Positions 1 to 9,623 of a stretch of 64,000 nt of DNA are shown here, one piece after another; within the stretch, counting starts at the first letter, position 1; the number at the start of each line of letters is the position of its first letter. The position numbers and the translations under genes were made by a program. The DNA is from Dehalococcoidia bacterium (GTDB taxonomy: Bacteria > Chloroflexota > Dehalococcoidia > GIF9 > AB-539-J10). The stretch is from NCBI GenBank assembly GCA_009619075.1, contig WJOY01000012.1, forward strand, positions 8,507-72,506, read 5' to 3'. Below the pieces are notes generated by a model. It saw nothing but the letters and a program-made list of their open reading frames with translations, had not been told where the DNA came from and did no database searches.

Positions 1-503
1 TAGATGCCGGGGATTTGATTGCCTCTCTGGAAGGCTGGACAACCATTGGCCTCGGGAGAACTGAACTCCCCTCCCTTCGCTTTCCCTGGGAGATAAGAAA
101 GAAACATTTCCGCGAGAAGGCTGTGGAAGGCTTCAGAGGGTCGCAGGCCCTGGATGCCACTATATCTGACCTTTCCATTACCTGCAACCCTAAGGATGCC
201 GCCAAAGCTTTGTATATTATGTCTGGCCCAGCTAAAGAAATGAATATGGACATGATCAAGAGCGTGGGCGATTACATCAAGGAAATTGCCCCCAATGCCG
301 TAATCAGAGGTGGCGATTTCCCCGGAGAAAAGCATTTCATTGACGTCACCTTGATATTGTCCCAATTGTCTTTCGTGCCCAAGATAAAAGACTTTTACGA
401 GACGGCCGTCCAATACGGACAGGAACACAAAGGACAGATAGAGGAAACACGGAAGAGAATTCAAGCCTTAGGTGACCTAGGCAAGGAATTGCCTAACTTG
501 TAG
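1..503 (+). CDS. Tubulin/FtsZ-family (CetZ-like) protein, C-terminal part; gene starts before the window
   Basis: Frame is open from the window edge (DAGDLIASLEGWTTIGLG...IRGGDFP). It aligns by eye with the C-terminal half of the paralog at 58512-59684 (DAGDIIQTLAGWTIIGEG...IRSGDYP). Confidence 0.85.
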   Translation, partial: DAGDLIASLEGWTTIGLGRTELPSLRFPWEIRKKHFREKAVEGFRGSQALDATISDLSITCNPKDAAKALYIMSGPAKEMNMDMIKSVGDYIKEIAPNAVIRGGDFPGEKHFIDVTLILSQLSFVPKIKDFYETAVQYGQEHKGQIEETRKRIQALGDLGKELPNL

Positions 504-531
504 TAAGCAAGCCTTTGGCGTTTCCGTTGCT

Positions 532-750
532 TTAAATAGCCACTTTTACCCGATCCTCAACGGGAATATCCCGTCCTAACTCGTGTAGTGCTTCTATATG
601 ACCTCGAATGGCTTCTCGCACATTAGCTACAGCCTCTTCTCGAGTTTTGCCCTGACTGGTGCATCCGGGTAAACTAGGAACAAGAGCCGCATATTCTCCA
701 ATTTCCTCGTCATATTCTATAACTATTGTATATTCATATTCCTTAGCCAT
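532..750 (-). CDS. hicB: HicB-family antitoxin
   Basis: YAALVPSLPGCTSQGKTREEAVANVREAI is the HicB/UPF0150 motif. Confidence 0.9.
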   Translation of the reverse strand: MAKEYEYTIVIEYDEEIGEYAALVPSLPGCTSQGKTREEAVANVREAIRGHIEALHELGRDIPVEDRVKVAI

Positions 751-752
751 CT

Positions 753-832
753 TTAATCCCCCTCTTTGCGAAGTAACCTAATAAATTGCTCATTGCTTAG
801 CTTTGCTTGCTTCAAAATGCTCTTAAGCAGGG
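753..832 (-). pseudogene. hicA: 3' remnant of hicA toxin
   Basis: Minus strand reads LLKSILKQAKLSNEQFIRLLRKEGD*, a typical HicA C-terminus; no start codon or N-terminal part. Confidence 0.65.
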
Positions 833-944
833 GCTAGGAAGTATATCATCCTGTTGCCTCATCCACAATATAAAAAACATCTGATACCTCGGCTGACTTG
901 GGCAAGGAATTGCCTAGCTTGTAGTAAGCAAGCCTTTAGCTGTT

Positions 945-1260
945 CATTTTGTCACCCTGAGCGCAGCGAAGGGTTTAGATTCTTCGGTCGCGGAGTTTAC
1001 CCTGAGATGTATTAGATTCTTCGCGGAGTTTATACTGAGCGAAGCCGAAGTGCTCAGAATAACAAGGGGAAGCCATGGTCGGGGACAAGCCCCGACCCTA
1101 CACAAGATTGCTTCGGGGCTATACGCCCCTCGCAATGACATGGGAAACGGACGAGGCTTCTCTGTCATTGTCATTGCGAACGAAGTGAAGCAATCTCGTA
1201 GCGCTCAGGACAGGCTCCGCGTGGCAATCTCACTTCGTAGTGGCGGGGTTTATCCCCGCC
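945..1260. repeat. Cluster of REP-like palindromic repeats
   Basis: tgtcaccctgagcgcagcgaagg, agattcttcg, ggtcggggacaagccccgaccctac, gattgcttcg..cgcaatgaca, gtagtggcggggtttatccccgcc; the motifs recur across the window. Confidence 0.9.
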
Positions 1261-2253
1261 TTAAAAGGCGAGCTTTAAGATAGAGGCTATAATCCAGCCG
1301 AGGATAGCACAGGCGGGAAAGGTCAAAATCCAGGTTAAGACAATATTTCTGGCTATCCCCCACCGCACTGCGGAAAGACGTCTTGTGGCCCCTACCCCCA
1401 TGATCGCCGTGGTGATACAGTGTGTGGTGCTTACTGGAATACCGAAGTGTGAGGCAACCTCAATCACAGTAGCCGCCGAGGCCTCGGCGGCAAATCCATG
1501 GACAGGACGCAAGGTGGTCACCTTTAATCCCAGTGTTTTGATAACTCGCCACCCACCAATAAGAGTGCCAAAGCTAATTGAAGCTGCGGAAACTACCACA
1601 GCCCAGAAGGGGATATAGAATTCGCCGTATCCATGATAGACCATTAAAGCCATGGCGATTAAGCCAATAGGCATCTGCCCATCATTCTTGCCGTGACTAT
1701 AAGCCAGGAAGGCTGCCGAAAGGATCTGCAGGTTGCTGAAAACACCGCGCATCTTTTCCGGCGCGGCTCTTCGGAAAAGCCACATTATAGCCACCATGAC
1801 CAAAAAACCACCGCTAAGGCCTAAGAGAGGGGCGATGCCGACGGCAGAAAGCACTTTCCCCAGAACCCCCCAAACGATGATTTTACTACCCGAAGTAGCA
1901 ATGCCAGCCCCTACCAATCCCGCCACCAACCCATGGGTCAAACTTATGGGCATGCCATAGCGTGTGGCAACAACAGCCCAGATAATAATTGCCCCACTTC
2001 CAGCAAGCACAATACTCGTAGTCAAGGCTTCAGAGTAAACAATCCCTTTGCCAATGGTTATCGCCACGGCAGTGCCTGTGGCTGCCCCAGCGAAATTAAG
2101 AAAGGCAGCCATAATTATGGCTGCCCGAGGAGAGAGGCTACGAGTACCGATCACTGTAGCGATGGCATTAGCAGCATCATTAACCCCGTTCACAATGCCG
2201 AAGCCAATGGCCGCTGTAATCACCAGGATTAGCAGTGCCAAGGGATCAGGCAT
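1261..2253 (-). CDS. pit: Inorganic phosphate transporter (PiT family)
   Basis: NGVNDAANAIAT, HGKNDGQ and PVSTTH motifs; hydrophobic. Confidence 0.95.
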   Translation of the reverse strand: MPDPLALLILVITAAIGFGIVNGVNDAANAIATVIGTRSLSPRAAIIMAAFLNFAGAATGTAVAITIGKGIVYSEALTTSIVLAGSGAIIIWAVVATRYGMPISLTHGLVAGLVGAGIATSGSKIIVWGVLGKVLSAVGIAPLLGLSGGFLVMVAIMWLFRRAAPEKMRGVFSNLQILSAAFLAYSHGKNDGQMPIGLIAMALMVYHGYGEFYIPFWAVVVSAASISFGTLIGGWRVIKTLGLKVTTLRPVHGFAAEASAATVIEVASHFGIPVSTTHCITTAIMGVGATRRLSAVRWGIARNIVLTWILTFPACAILGWIIASILKLAF

Positions 2254-2875
2254 GCTTCAATACTATACCTTCGAGAACATTGGCTACATCTTCGCCTCGA
2301 TCGGTAGCGTCTTCCAAATGTTGGTAGATTTCGCGCCATTTGAGTATCTCACATGCATCCGTGGCATCATCAAATAGCTCAGCTAAAGCAGCATGAAAGA
2401 CATCATCAGCCTCGTTTTCCAAACTGTTGATCTCCACACACTGCTCCAGAATCTTTTCGAACTGGTTACGGTGGCGTAAGCGAGGCATTACCTCGTTCAA
2501 CTGATAGGTTACCTTAGCCACGATTAAGGTTAGCTGTCGTGCCCTTTCCGTGGGTTGGGTAATGTGGTAAAGGAAGGCAGTTCTGCCAGCAGCCTCAATG
2601 AAATCCATGACATCGTCCAAGGTTTTGGCCAGGAGAGCAATATCCTCCCTATCAATAGGAGTCACGAAAGTGCGATGCAACCTCTGTATTATCTCGTGAG
2701 TGATGATGTCACCCTGGTGCTCCAAATCCTTGAGTTGATTTGCTTTCACTTCAACATCTTCGTAGTTCTCAAAGAAGTCAACTAGCTTTTCTGCCGCCGT
2801 GACTAGATTAGCAGTGTCCTGTTCGAACAAGTCATAAAACTTGGTATCTCTGGGCGTTATTAGGAACTTAGCCAA
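2246..2875 (-). CDS. DUF47/PhoU-like phosphate transport regulator
   Basis: LEHQGD...TFVTPIDREDI...LENEAD; upstream of pit. Confidence 0.92.
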   Translation of the reverse strand: MAKFLITPRDTKFYDLFEQDTANLVTAAEKLVDFFENYEDVEVKANQLKDLEHQGDIITHEIIQRLHRTFVTPIDREDIALLAKTLDDVMDFIEAAGRTAFLYHITQPTERARQLTLIVAKVTYQLNEVMPRLRHRNQFEKILEQCVEINSLENEADDVFHAALAELFDDATDACEILKWREIYQHLEDATDRGEDVANVLEGIVLKHA

Positions 2876-3095
2876 AATATAACTCCACTCCCTCGCCAGA
2901 TAAGGGGATGAGCGGACGAGGGCGCTCTTTTATTTCTACCTCGCAGTATATCATAGCACATCTTATTATGAGAAGTCGTTTGTAGTCGTCCATATGATTA
3001 GTGACACATCACCTCCTTTGTTACTATCAGGCTGTTTAATTTTGATTCCCGGTTCAATTTCAGCCATCTCAGAGGTGTTTCACCCCCAAATTTTG

Positions 3096-3149
3096 TAGTA
3101 GTTGCCTGATTTATCAGGCACAGTCGCCCAATAAATTGGGCAACTACTA
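3096..3149. repeat. GTAG-type REP doublet
   Basis: gtagttgcctgatttatcaggca ... gcccaataaattgggcaactac. Confidence 0.75.
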
Positions 3150-3176
3150 GTCCTTCAAAAGAGGCACAGGAAAACC

Positions 3177-3446
3177 TTAGAATAGCCTATCAACTTTATT
3201 ATAAGTATCTTCGGAACGTCTAGCTATCTTACCGACAATCACCAGTCGATCCTTATCAAACACAGCGTAAATAATACGCCAATCGCCAACACGAATTCGA
3301 TAAATAGGTCCCCTGAGCTTTCTTACTCCTAAAGGGCGAGGATTAGCCTCCAGCGCACGAATAACGGCAACTATACGCTCAAACTCTACCCTGCCAAGCT
3401 TATCTAATTCATGCTGGGCCCTAAGAGTAAGCTCAACCTTGTGCAC
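3177..3446 (-). CDS. relE: RelE/ParE-family toxin
   Basis: NPRPLGVRKLRG..YRIRVGDWRIIY. Confidence 0.9.
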   Translation of the reverse strand: MHKVELTLRAQHELDKLGRVEFERIVAVIRALEANPRPLGVRKLRGPIYRIRVGDWRIIYAVFDKDRLVIVGKIARRSEDTYNKVDRLF

Positions 3447-3672
3447 ATGCCTTCTTCCGGCTCAGATACTCTTCCAGCTCTATTGCCGAGCCAGGTTGGC
3501 TTTGATATCGAGCTAATTCCTCCTCCATATCTTTAATGTCTTCAATATCCTCTCCGTAGACGATATCAATAGCCCTCCGAATGAGCTCAGCAATAGAAAC
3601 ATTCTTCTCAAAAGCTAATTTCTTCAGCCCCTGGTGACTCTCCTCACTAATATAAACCATAGTTTTTTTCAT
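3433..3672 (-). CDS. Ribbon-helix-helix antitoxin
   Basis: MKKTMVYIS...SIAELIRRAID; overlaps the toxin start. Confidence 0.85.
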   Translation of the reverse strand: MKKTMVYISEESHQGLKKLAFEKNVSIAELIRRAIDIVYGEDIEDIKDMEEELARYQSQPGSAIELEEYLSRKKACAQG

Positions 3673-3741
3673 GCTTAACTCCTATAGCTTAATTATCTTT
3701 GCTCACTATAACAGATATATGTCATAATGTCAACCAGCCGG

Positions 3742-4257
3742 CTATTTGAATCTCTTCACCTCAAAACGGTAGAGGCTAACAGGTTCGTCAAAGGATATCC
3801 CGGCCTTGAGTCGGCAAATCTCGATCTGCCTCTCAACTGTGTCCACACCCTCCAGGTCAGGCAGCAAAAGCCCTCGCCGGAAATCACTCTCCACAATCAC
3901 CCCATACTTTTTCGCATCCAGTTGACTTACATCCTTTACGGGCTCAGGCTTAGTAAGAATATCCACGCTATATTCCAGGTCACCCAGCTCGGAAGCCGCT
4001 ATTGGGGGGAAACGAGAGTCTCTGGTAGCCGAGCTAATAGCATTGGTCATAATCTCCTCAGCTACATTGGCTTTAGTCGGCTCAAAGGTCCCAATGCAGC
4101 CTCTTAACTCGCCTTGCTTGTGAATGGAAACAAAAACGCCCGCTCGTTCTCTCATCTCAGGAGTCAGTTCTCTCGGCTGAGGTATTTTACCCTCACGGAT
4201 ATAGCTTTCCACTGTTTCCTTAGCCAATTTCACTATGGGATGAAGTTTCTCTGCCAT
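3742..4257 (-). CDS. amrA: AmmeMemoRadiSam system protein A (AMMECR1)
   Basis: [27 protein letters not shown]. Confidence 0.93.
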   Translation of the reverse strand: MAEKLHPIVKLAKETVESYIREGKIPQPRELTPEMRERAGVFVSIHKQGELRGCIGTFEPTKANVAEEIMTNAISSATRDSRFPPIAASELGDLEYSVDILTKPEPVKDVSQLDAKKYGVIVESDFRRGLLLPDLEGVDTVERQIEICRLKAGISFDEPVSLYRFEVKRFK

Positions 4258-4356
4258 AAATACCTCCCTACTATTTTAACGGCCATTTAATTTTGCCTCA
4301 GGTTCAAAACTAGATTCACCCCGCCCGGTTTAATAACCTGCAGGCCTAAGATTTTT

Positions 4357-4475
4357 GTAGTGCGACCCTTTAGGGTCGTGCACGAGGCTACCCCGTGTAG
4401 TAATCTTCGCTCCCCTGTGTAGTAGGCTTTGCCACTGCATGGGGGCTACTACACAGGGCTAAAGCCTCGCACTAC
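4357..4475. repeat. GTAG-type REP interrupted by nested CCCCGTG-type palindromes
   Basis: Both halves match the intact copy at 51951-51998 (reverse complement); about 70 bp of extra palindrome lie between them. Confidence 0.85.
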
Positions 4476-4488
4476 GTTTTTAAACACT

Positions 4489-5508
4489 CTACTTCAGCCT
4501 TACTCTGAAATTAAGCTCACTGCCACAAAACTTGCATTTAGAATCATCCAGTCCCACTACCTGAGTATCATAACCAATGCGGCGAACGACTGTCTTGCCA
4601 CAAGAATAGCAAACGGTATTCTCATACTCATGCCCGGGAACATTGCCCAGATAGACAAACTTTAACCCTGCTTTCTTGCCAATTTTGTAAGCCTTCTCCA
4701 GAGTGGATACCGGGGTGGGTGGCAGATAATTCAAATTATGCATGGGGCAAAAGCGAGTTATATGCCATGGAGTAAGCTCACCTAAGTTATCTCGAATCCA
4801 GGTAGCGATGCCACTGAGCTGCTCCTCATCATCATTCATAGTGGGAATGACATTGGTTACCACCTCAACCCACATACCCCATTTCTCCTTAGCGCGCTTG
4901 GCTACATCCAGAATGCCACGCCAGTGAGAGATTTTTGATAGCCGACGATAAAAACCATCGCTAAAGCCCTTGACATCAACCCTCCAGGCATCGAGGTAAG
5001 GACCGATAGTATCTAAAGCCTCAGTAGTGATATAGCCGTTGGTAACATAAACAGTATATAGACCATTTTCCTTAGCCAGCTTGGCGGAATCCAAAGTATA
5101 CTCAAACCATACCGTAGGTTCATTATAAGTCCAGGCAATGCCGGCACAATTATACCGTTTAGTTAGCTCTATTTCCCTCTCAGGCAATAGTTGCTGTGAA
5201 GCATCAGGAATATCAACACAGGAAATCTCCCAATTCTGACAATGCTGGCAGTGGAAGTTGCATCCCCAGGTGCCCAAGGAAAAGGCATAAGTCCCGGGGA
5301 AGAAGTGAAATAAGGGCTTCTTTTCAATATGATCGGCGGCTACTGAAGAGACTGCAGCATAATTCATGGTATATAAGGTGCCATCCCGGTTAAGGCGCAT
5401 GCGGCAGACGCCTATCTTGCCCGGGTTTATAATGCACCTCCATTGGCAAACGTGGCATCTCACCCTGCCACCCGAGAGTTTCTCATAAAGCATCGCTTCT
5501 CTTTCCAT
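4489..5508 (-). CDS. amrS: AmmeMemoRadiSam system radical SAM enzyme
   Basis: CNFHCQHCQNWEIS CX3CX2C motif; DHIEKKPLFHF; TYNEP. Confidence 0.95.
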   Translation of the reverse strand: MEREAMLYEKLSGGRVRCHVCQWRCIINPGKIGVCRMRLNRDGTLYTMNYAAVSSVAADHIEKKPLFHFFPGTYAFSLGTWGCNFHCQHCQNWEISCVDIPDASQQLLPEREIELTKRYNCAGIAWTYNEPTVWFEYTLDSAKLAKENGLYTVYVTNGYITTEALDTIGPYLDAWRVDVKGFSDGFYRRLSKISHWRGILDVAKRAKEKWGMWVEVVTNVIPTMNDDEEQLSGIATWIRDNLGELTPWHITRFCPMHNLNYLPPTPVSTLEKAYKIGKKAGLKFVYLGNVPGHEYENTVCYSCGKTVVRRIGYDTQVVGLDDSKCKFCGSELNFRVRLK

Positions 5509-5532
5509 TATGGGCTATTATATCACCATGAT

Positions 5533-5900
5533 GGTCGGGGACAAGCCCCGACCCTACGTCCACAATTGTAGTGGCGGGGGTTTATCCCCGCCTTGGTCGG
5601 GGACAAGCCCCGACCCTACAAGAATACTTCCCCCTGTCATTGCGAGGAGCATCAGCGGTTGCGAGGCGTAGCCGAAGCAATCTCGGAGTGGGGATTCCTC
5701 GCTTACGCTCGGAACAAGCTCCGCAATCTCCAAGAATATTCTACCACTGAGATTGCCACACTGCCCCTTCGTTACACTCAAGGCTTCGGCTCACCGCAGC
5801 TAACAAGCGCCACTTGTAGTGCGAGGCTTCCCTTTTACTCCGTAGTGCGAGGCTTTAGCCTCGCGCCAGATAAGCACGACCCTGAAGGGTCGCACCACAG
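5533..5900. repeat. Cluster of REP-like palindromic repeats
   Basis: ggtcggggacaagccccgaccctac twice, tgtcattgcgag..gcaatctc, gtagtgcgaggctttagcctcg. Confidence 0.9.
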
Positions 5901-5953
5901 GAATATCCTGGCACCGTGCACTAATTCACGCCACATACTATAATTCAGGAGAA

Positions 5954-6550
5954 ATGACTGTCATTGGCGTGACTGGCAATATAGGCAGTGGCAAAAGCAC
6001 GGTATGCCGAATTTTAGCCAAGCTTGGTGTCACCATTATTGATGCTGATGAACTGGCACACGAGACTTACAAGCCACGTAGCCAAACCTGGCAAGAGCTA
6101 ATCAACACCTTTGGTAAAAATATAGTTAAGGCTAACGAAGAAATTGACCGCCAAAAATTAGGGCAAATAGTTTTTGCCAATCCTGCCGCTTTGGCTTTGC
6201 TGAACCAGATAGTGCACCCTAGGGCATATCGTATGGCTCAAGAAAAAATCGAAGATTATCATCGCCAGGGGGCTAAAGCCATTGTGGTAGAAGCTACTTT
6301 GCTCATTGAGGCAGGATGGACAGATTTGGTGGATAAGGTCTGGTTAGTAGTAACTCCAGAGGATGTAGCAATCCGAAGACTCACTCAGCACAAAGGAATC
6401 GCCAAAGCTCAGATTTTGACTCGCCTCAAGGCACAGATGCCAGCAGAGGAAAAAATGAAATATGCCGATGAAGTAATTTACAACGCTGGCAGCCTAGGTC
6501 AGCTTGAAGCCAAAGTAACTGAGCTCTGGCATAAGCTGGGCCTGGCTTAA
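5954..6550 (+). CDS. coaE: Dephospho-CoA kinase
   Basis: IGVTGNIGSGKST, DAD, IDRQKLGQIVF, IVHP. Confidence 0.95.
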   Translation: MTVIGVTGNIGSGKSTVCRILAKLGVTIIDADELAHETYKPRSQTWQELINTFGKNIVKANEEIDRQKLGQIVFANPAALALLNQIVHPRAYRMAQEKIEDYHRQGAKAIVVEATLLIEAGWTDLVDKVWLVVTPEDVAIRRLTQHKGIAKAQILTRLKAQMPAEEKMKYADEVIYNAGSLGQLEAKVTELWHKLGLA

Positions 6551-6565
6551 GCCTACAGTGTGGGA

Positions 6566-8173
6566 CTAGCGCCGCTCCAGATATACTTGGCTCAAGTCAG
6601 GAATGCCTAAAGCGTTAAGCTGATAACCTTTGACGTAAGGTTTAACCAAGATATGATTGATACCAAACCATAAGGGCAAGCAGGGAGCTTCGCCCACTAT
6701 CTTCTGCTCAGCTTGCTGATACATAGATAGGCGAGTAGATCCTTCGCTATCGCTCAGGACTGTGTCTGGCTCAATGGCAGCTTGGTTAAGTAAGCTATCT
6801 ATCCCAGGATTGCTGTAGCCAGAGATATTGTTCTCACTTCCAGTATAGAAAAGGTTGTCCAGGAAATTGTGGGGGTCTGGGTAATCAGCCACCCAGCCAA
6901 GCATGAACATCTCATCCCTTTCCTGCTTCAAATGATAAAGAAAGTTTTCTGGCTCCAGTTGCCTCACCTGCACCTCAACTCCAAGATTCTCCCGCCATTC
7001 CTCGATGATGGTTCCCAGGTAATCTGGAATATTATTGCCATAACCGGAAACGGTGAGAGCAATCGGTGGTAAATTTGAGACATCTCCATACTTTGAGGCG
7101 GCAATAAGCTCTTTTGCTTTCCCCACATCGTATTCAAGCCCCTCAAGTCTTTGGCTATAGCCAGGCATACCCGGAGGTAGAATCCCCTTCGCTTCAGCCA
7201 ACATACCCCTCAATATCAACCTAGCAATGCGCTCCTTATCCACAGCGTGGCAAAAGGCGCGGCGGATGTTGACATCGTCGAAGGGAGGCTTGGTGGTGTC
7301 AAAGCCAATATAATAAAGGCTGAGCTCAGGCGTTACGGCTAATTCCCGATGGAATGGGCTAGCCTCATCCGCTGCCAGGTCAATATAATTCCGGAAAAGG
7401 GGAGTGACATCAATCTCGCCCTTTTCATACATAGCCATAGGATTGCCAGCCAGGATGTGGAAGACAACCTGCTTCAATTTAGCTAGCTCGCCATAATAAA
7501 ACTCATTTCGCTCCAAAATCAAAAGTTGACCTTGTTCCCATTTCTTTAACTTGAAAGGACCTGTTCCATTTGGCTGACGCCACCAGTTCTTCCCAAATTC
7601 CACATTAATGCGGTCAACCATAAAGGCAGTAGGGTAAGTCAGCTTGCACAGGAAATAAGCCTTGGGCGCATCGATAGTGACTTCGAGTGTGTAATCATCA
7701 AGAACTCTGATTCCTGAAATTTCCTTCGCTCTGCCTGCCAGCATGTCCTTAGCGCCAACGATGTCGCCCAGATAAGTGGCTGCTGTCTGAGAACTGGTGG
7801 CCGGGTCACAGGCTCGCTCCCAGGAGTATTTGAAATCGTCAGCCTTAACCTCCTCGCCATCATGAAACTTTACCCCGTGGCGAAGGTAGAAGGTGTATGT
7901 TCTGCCATCCTGGCTTTTCTGCCACCGCTCAGCGATGTCAGGCACTACCTCTAATTCAGCATCAAGACGAACTAACCCACTAAAGATCTGCATCACATAG
8001 GTATGAGAGGTCATTTCGCTGGAGATCGCTGGGTCAAGTGTTATGGGACCAATATCCCAAAGGTTAAGAATATCTTGGCCGGAAGACAACCCCCAGGGCT
8101 GGCAGCCAACTGAAGGAATTAATAATGCACAAACGAGGAGAAGTAATACTATAAACCGCCAGATTTTTCTCAT
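6566..8173 (-). CDS. Peptide ABC transporter substrate-binding lipoprotein (family 5)
   Basis: Lipobox SVGC, TLDP, VKFHDG, GTGPF, GWVADYPDP. Confidence 0.93.
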   Translation of the reverse strand: MRKIWRFIVLLLLVCALLIPSVGCQPWGLSSGQDILNLWDIGPITLDPAISSEMTSHTYVMQIFSGLVRLDAELEVVPDIAERWQKSQDGRTYTFYLRHGVKFHDGEEVKADDFKYSWERACDPATSSQTAATYLGDIVGAKDMLAGRAKEISGIRVLDDYTLEVTIDAPKAYFLCKLTYPTAFMVDRINVEFGKNWWRQPNGTGPFKLKKWEQGQLLILERNEFYYGELAKLKQVVFHILAGNPMAMYEKGEIDVTPLFRNYIDLAADEASPFHRELAVTPELSLYYIGFDTTKPPFDDVNIRRAFCHAVDKERIARLILRGMLAEAKGILPPGMPGYSQRLEGLEYDVGKAKELIAASKYGDVSNLPPIALTVSGYGNNIPDYLGTIIEEWRENLGVEVQVRQLEPENFLYHLKQERDEMFMLGWVADYPDPHNFLDNLFYTGSENNISGYSNPGIDSLLNQAAIEPDTVLSDSEGSTRLSMYQQAEQKIVGEAPCLPLWFGINHILVKPYVKGYQLNALGIPDLSQVYLERR

Positions 8174-8180
8174 TAACTAT

Positions 8181-8837
8181 TTACCAAATAACAAGGATTT
8201 CCTCTATGGTATCGTCATAGTCTGGCTTTTCACGGGAAGAGCCAGGTTTAGGTATCACGCATTGGTAGTAGCTTTCACCTATCTCGGGTTCAACCAACTC
8301 GTCACTTTGCGGTTCAATATAAATTAACCCTTCGTCAATGGTATTGAAAGCTATGATTGCGTGTCCGCCCTCAGCATAAAGAATGATTGTAAAAGCACAA
8401 CGAAAACCCTCTTCTTCCGCATTGTTGCATACGTCCATGGCAAAATGCGAACACGTATATTTACCCTCGACATACCGCTTTTTATCTGTTTTATCTTCCC
8501 CTATAAAACTCATCATTCGGTTATATGTAGGGTCTTTAATTGTGTAGCCGTGCCCGGCTACTAGTCCATCATAACTTATTTTCAAGTGAGCAAGCTCCTC
8601 TTTTGTAGTTTCCAGCCCCTCTCTTGTAGTTTTCAGCTCCTCCTCTGCAATTTCAAGCTCACTTTCTGTAATTGTAAGTCCCTCTTGTGCAGAGGCTAAT
8701 TCTGGCTCTATTCGGCTCAATTCAGCCCGCATCAAATTCAGTTCCGCTTTTGCTGAGTATAATTTGCCGTCGAGGCCCACTATGCTGATGAATAGGACAA
8801 GCCATAAACTTGCCAAGATAATTAACCGCCTTTTCAC
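8181..8837 (-). CDS. Membrane-anchored coiled-coil protein with a C-terminal putative cysteine-protease/transglutaminase-like domain
   Basis: N-terminal TM segment, heptad region, YTCSHFA...GHAI...IEPQSD. Confidence 0.6.
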   Translation of the reverse strand: MKRRLIILASLWLVLFISIVGLDGKLYSAKAELNLMRAELSRIEPELASAQEGLTITESELEIAEEELKTTREGLETTKEELAHLKISYDGLVAGHGYTIKDPTYNRMMSFIGEDKTDKKRYVEGKYTCSHFAMDVCNNAEEEGFRCAFTIILYAEGGHAIIAFNTIDEGLIYIEPQSDELVEPEIGESYYQCVIPKPGSSREKPDYDDTIEEILVIW

Positions 8838-8851
8838 ACTCCCACCTTTAT

Positions 8852-9041
8852 CTAGAATAAATTCTGAGCTTTCAGGCTTAAGTAATCCCTATCGCAAACA
8901 ATAATGTGCCCAAGGATGTCCTCAGCCCAAGATTAAGGCTAAAATCTCCTGAGCCGAAAGAACTTCACTACCCAGCTTAAGCAGCCTCTCCCGGGGACGC
9001 TCACTAAGAGGCAAGTCATGAACGGTAAAGGAATCTCTCAT
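8852..9041 (-). pseudogene. radC: radC remnant with a large internal deletion
   Basis: MRDSFTVHDLPLSERPRERLLKLGSEVLSAQEILALILG* followed, out of frame, by DILGHIIVCDRDYLSLKAQNLF* (RadC N- and C-termini). Confidence 0.85.
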
Positions 9042-9156
9042 AAGCCTATTCTAGCAAAGCATCCCCCTACAATCCATCACTATCTTCAAGACTTAAGAAA
9101 GGAACTTGCCCTGTTTCGGATAATGGAAATCGGCCCTTCTTCGTTAGCTATGTAAT

Positions 9157-9495
9157 CTATGATTGCCCGCTGGCATGACTTTCATTCGCCTCTTCAGCCC
9201 TATATAGCTCTTCTATCAGCTTTATTAGAGCTTTCTTCGCTTTAAGACTGAGCTTCTGATCAGCCTTGATTGCTGGTATGGCACCTATAACCAGCCCCAC
9301 TTTGCCAGTGGCCAGGTATCCAACGGTTACCCCCAGTTCCTCAGCTAATTTTACTAGCGAGAGCAAAGATGGAATTCGTTTATCTTGCTCTATCAGTGAG
9401 ATGTGTTGTGGAGTCAAACCAAGGGCATCCGCCAAGTCTTGCTGAGTAAGATTTAGTTCTTGACGCCTTTTTCTGATCCTTTGGCCTATGCTCAT
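9157..9495 (-). CDS. Xre-family HTH regulator
   Basis: MSIGQRIRKRRQELNLTQQDLADALGLTPQHISLIEQD. Confidence 0.92.
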   Translation of the reverse strand: MSIGQRIRKRRQELNLTQQDLADALGLTPQHISLIEQDKRIPSLLSLVKLAEELGVTVGYLATGKVGLVIGAIPAIKADQKLSLKAKKALIKLIEELYRAEEANESHASGQS

Positions 9496-9554
9496 CAAAT
9501 CATCTCGGCTAAAAAACAAGAATTTTAGCAACATTAATCATTATGAGCAAAGGC

Positions 9555-9594
9555 TCAACTAATAGTTGACAAAAAAACCTTTTTAAATTAAAAT
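9555..9594 (+). promoter_or_regulatory. Sigma70 promoter with a palindromic operator overlapping the -35
   Basis: TTGACA(9566)-17 bp-TAAAAT(9589); perfect palindrome TCAACTA-A-TAGTTGA at 9555-9569. Confidence 0.75.
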
Positions 9595-9623
9595 CTTGGC
9601 TGACACCCATTGGAAGGTGAACC

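Larger units (their letters stand above)
473..937. repeat. 44-bp direct repeat (473-516 and 894-937) duplicating the 3' end of the tubulin-like gene and flanking a hicB module
   Basis: tgacctaggcaaggaattgcctaacttgtagtaagcaagccttt vs tgacttgggcaaggaattgcctagcttgtagtaagcaagccttt, 41/44 identical. Confidence 0.9.

Noticed and set aside
944..1283. ORFs 944-1174 and 1050-1283, and similar ones at 5554-5943, 14484-14813, 51717-52335 and 54723-54965
   Set aside because: They are translations of palindromic repeat clusters, not credible genes.
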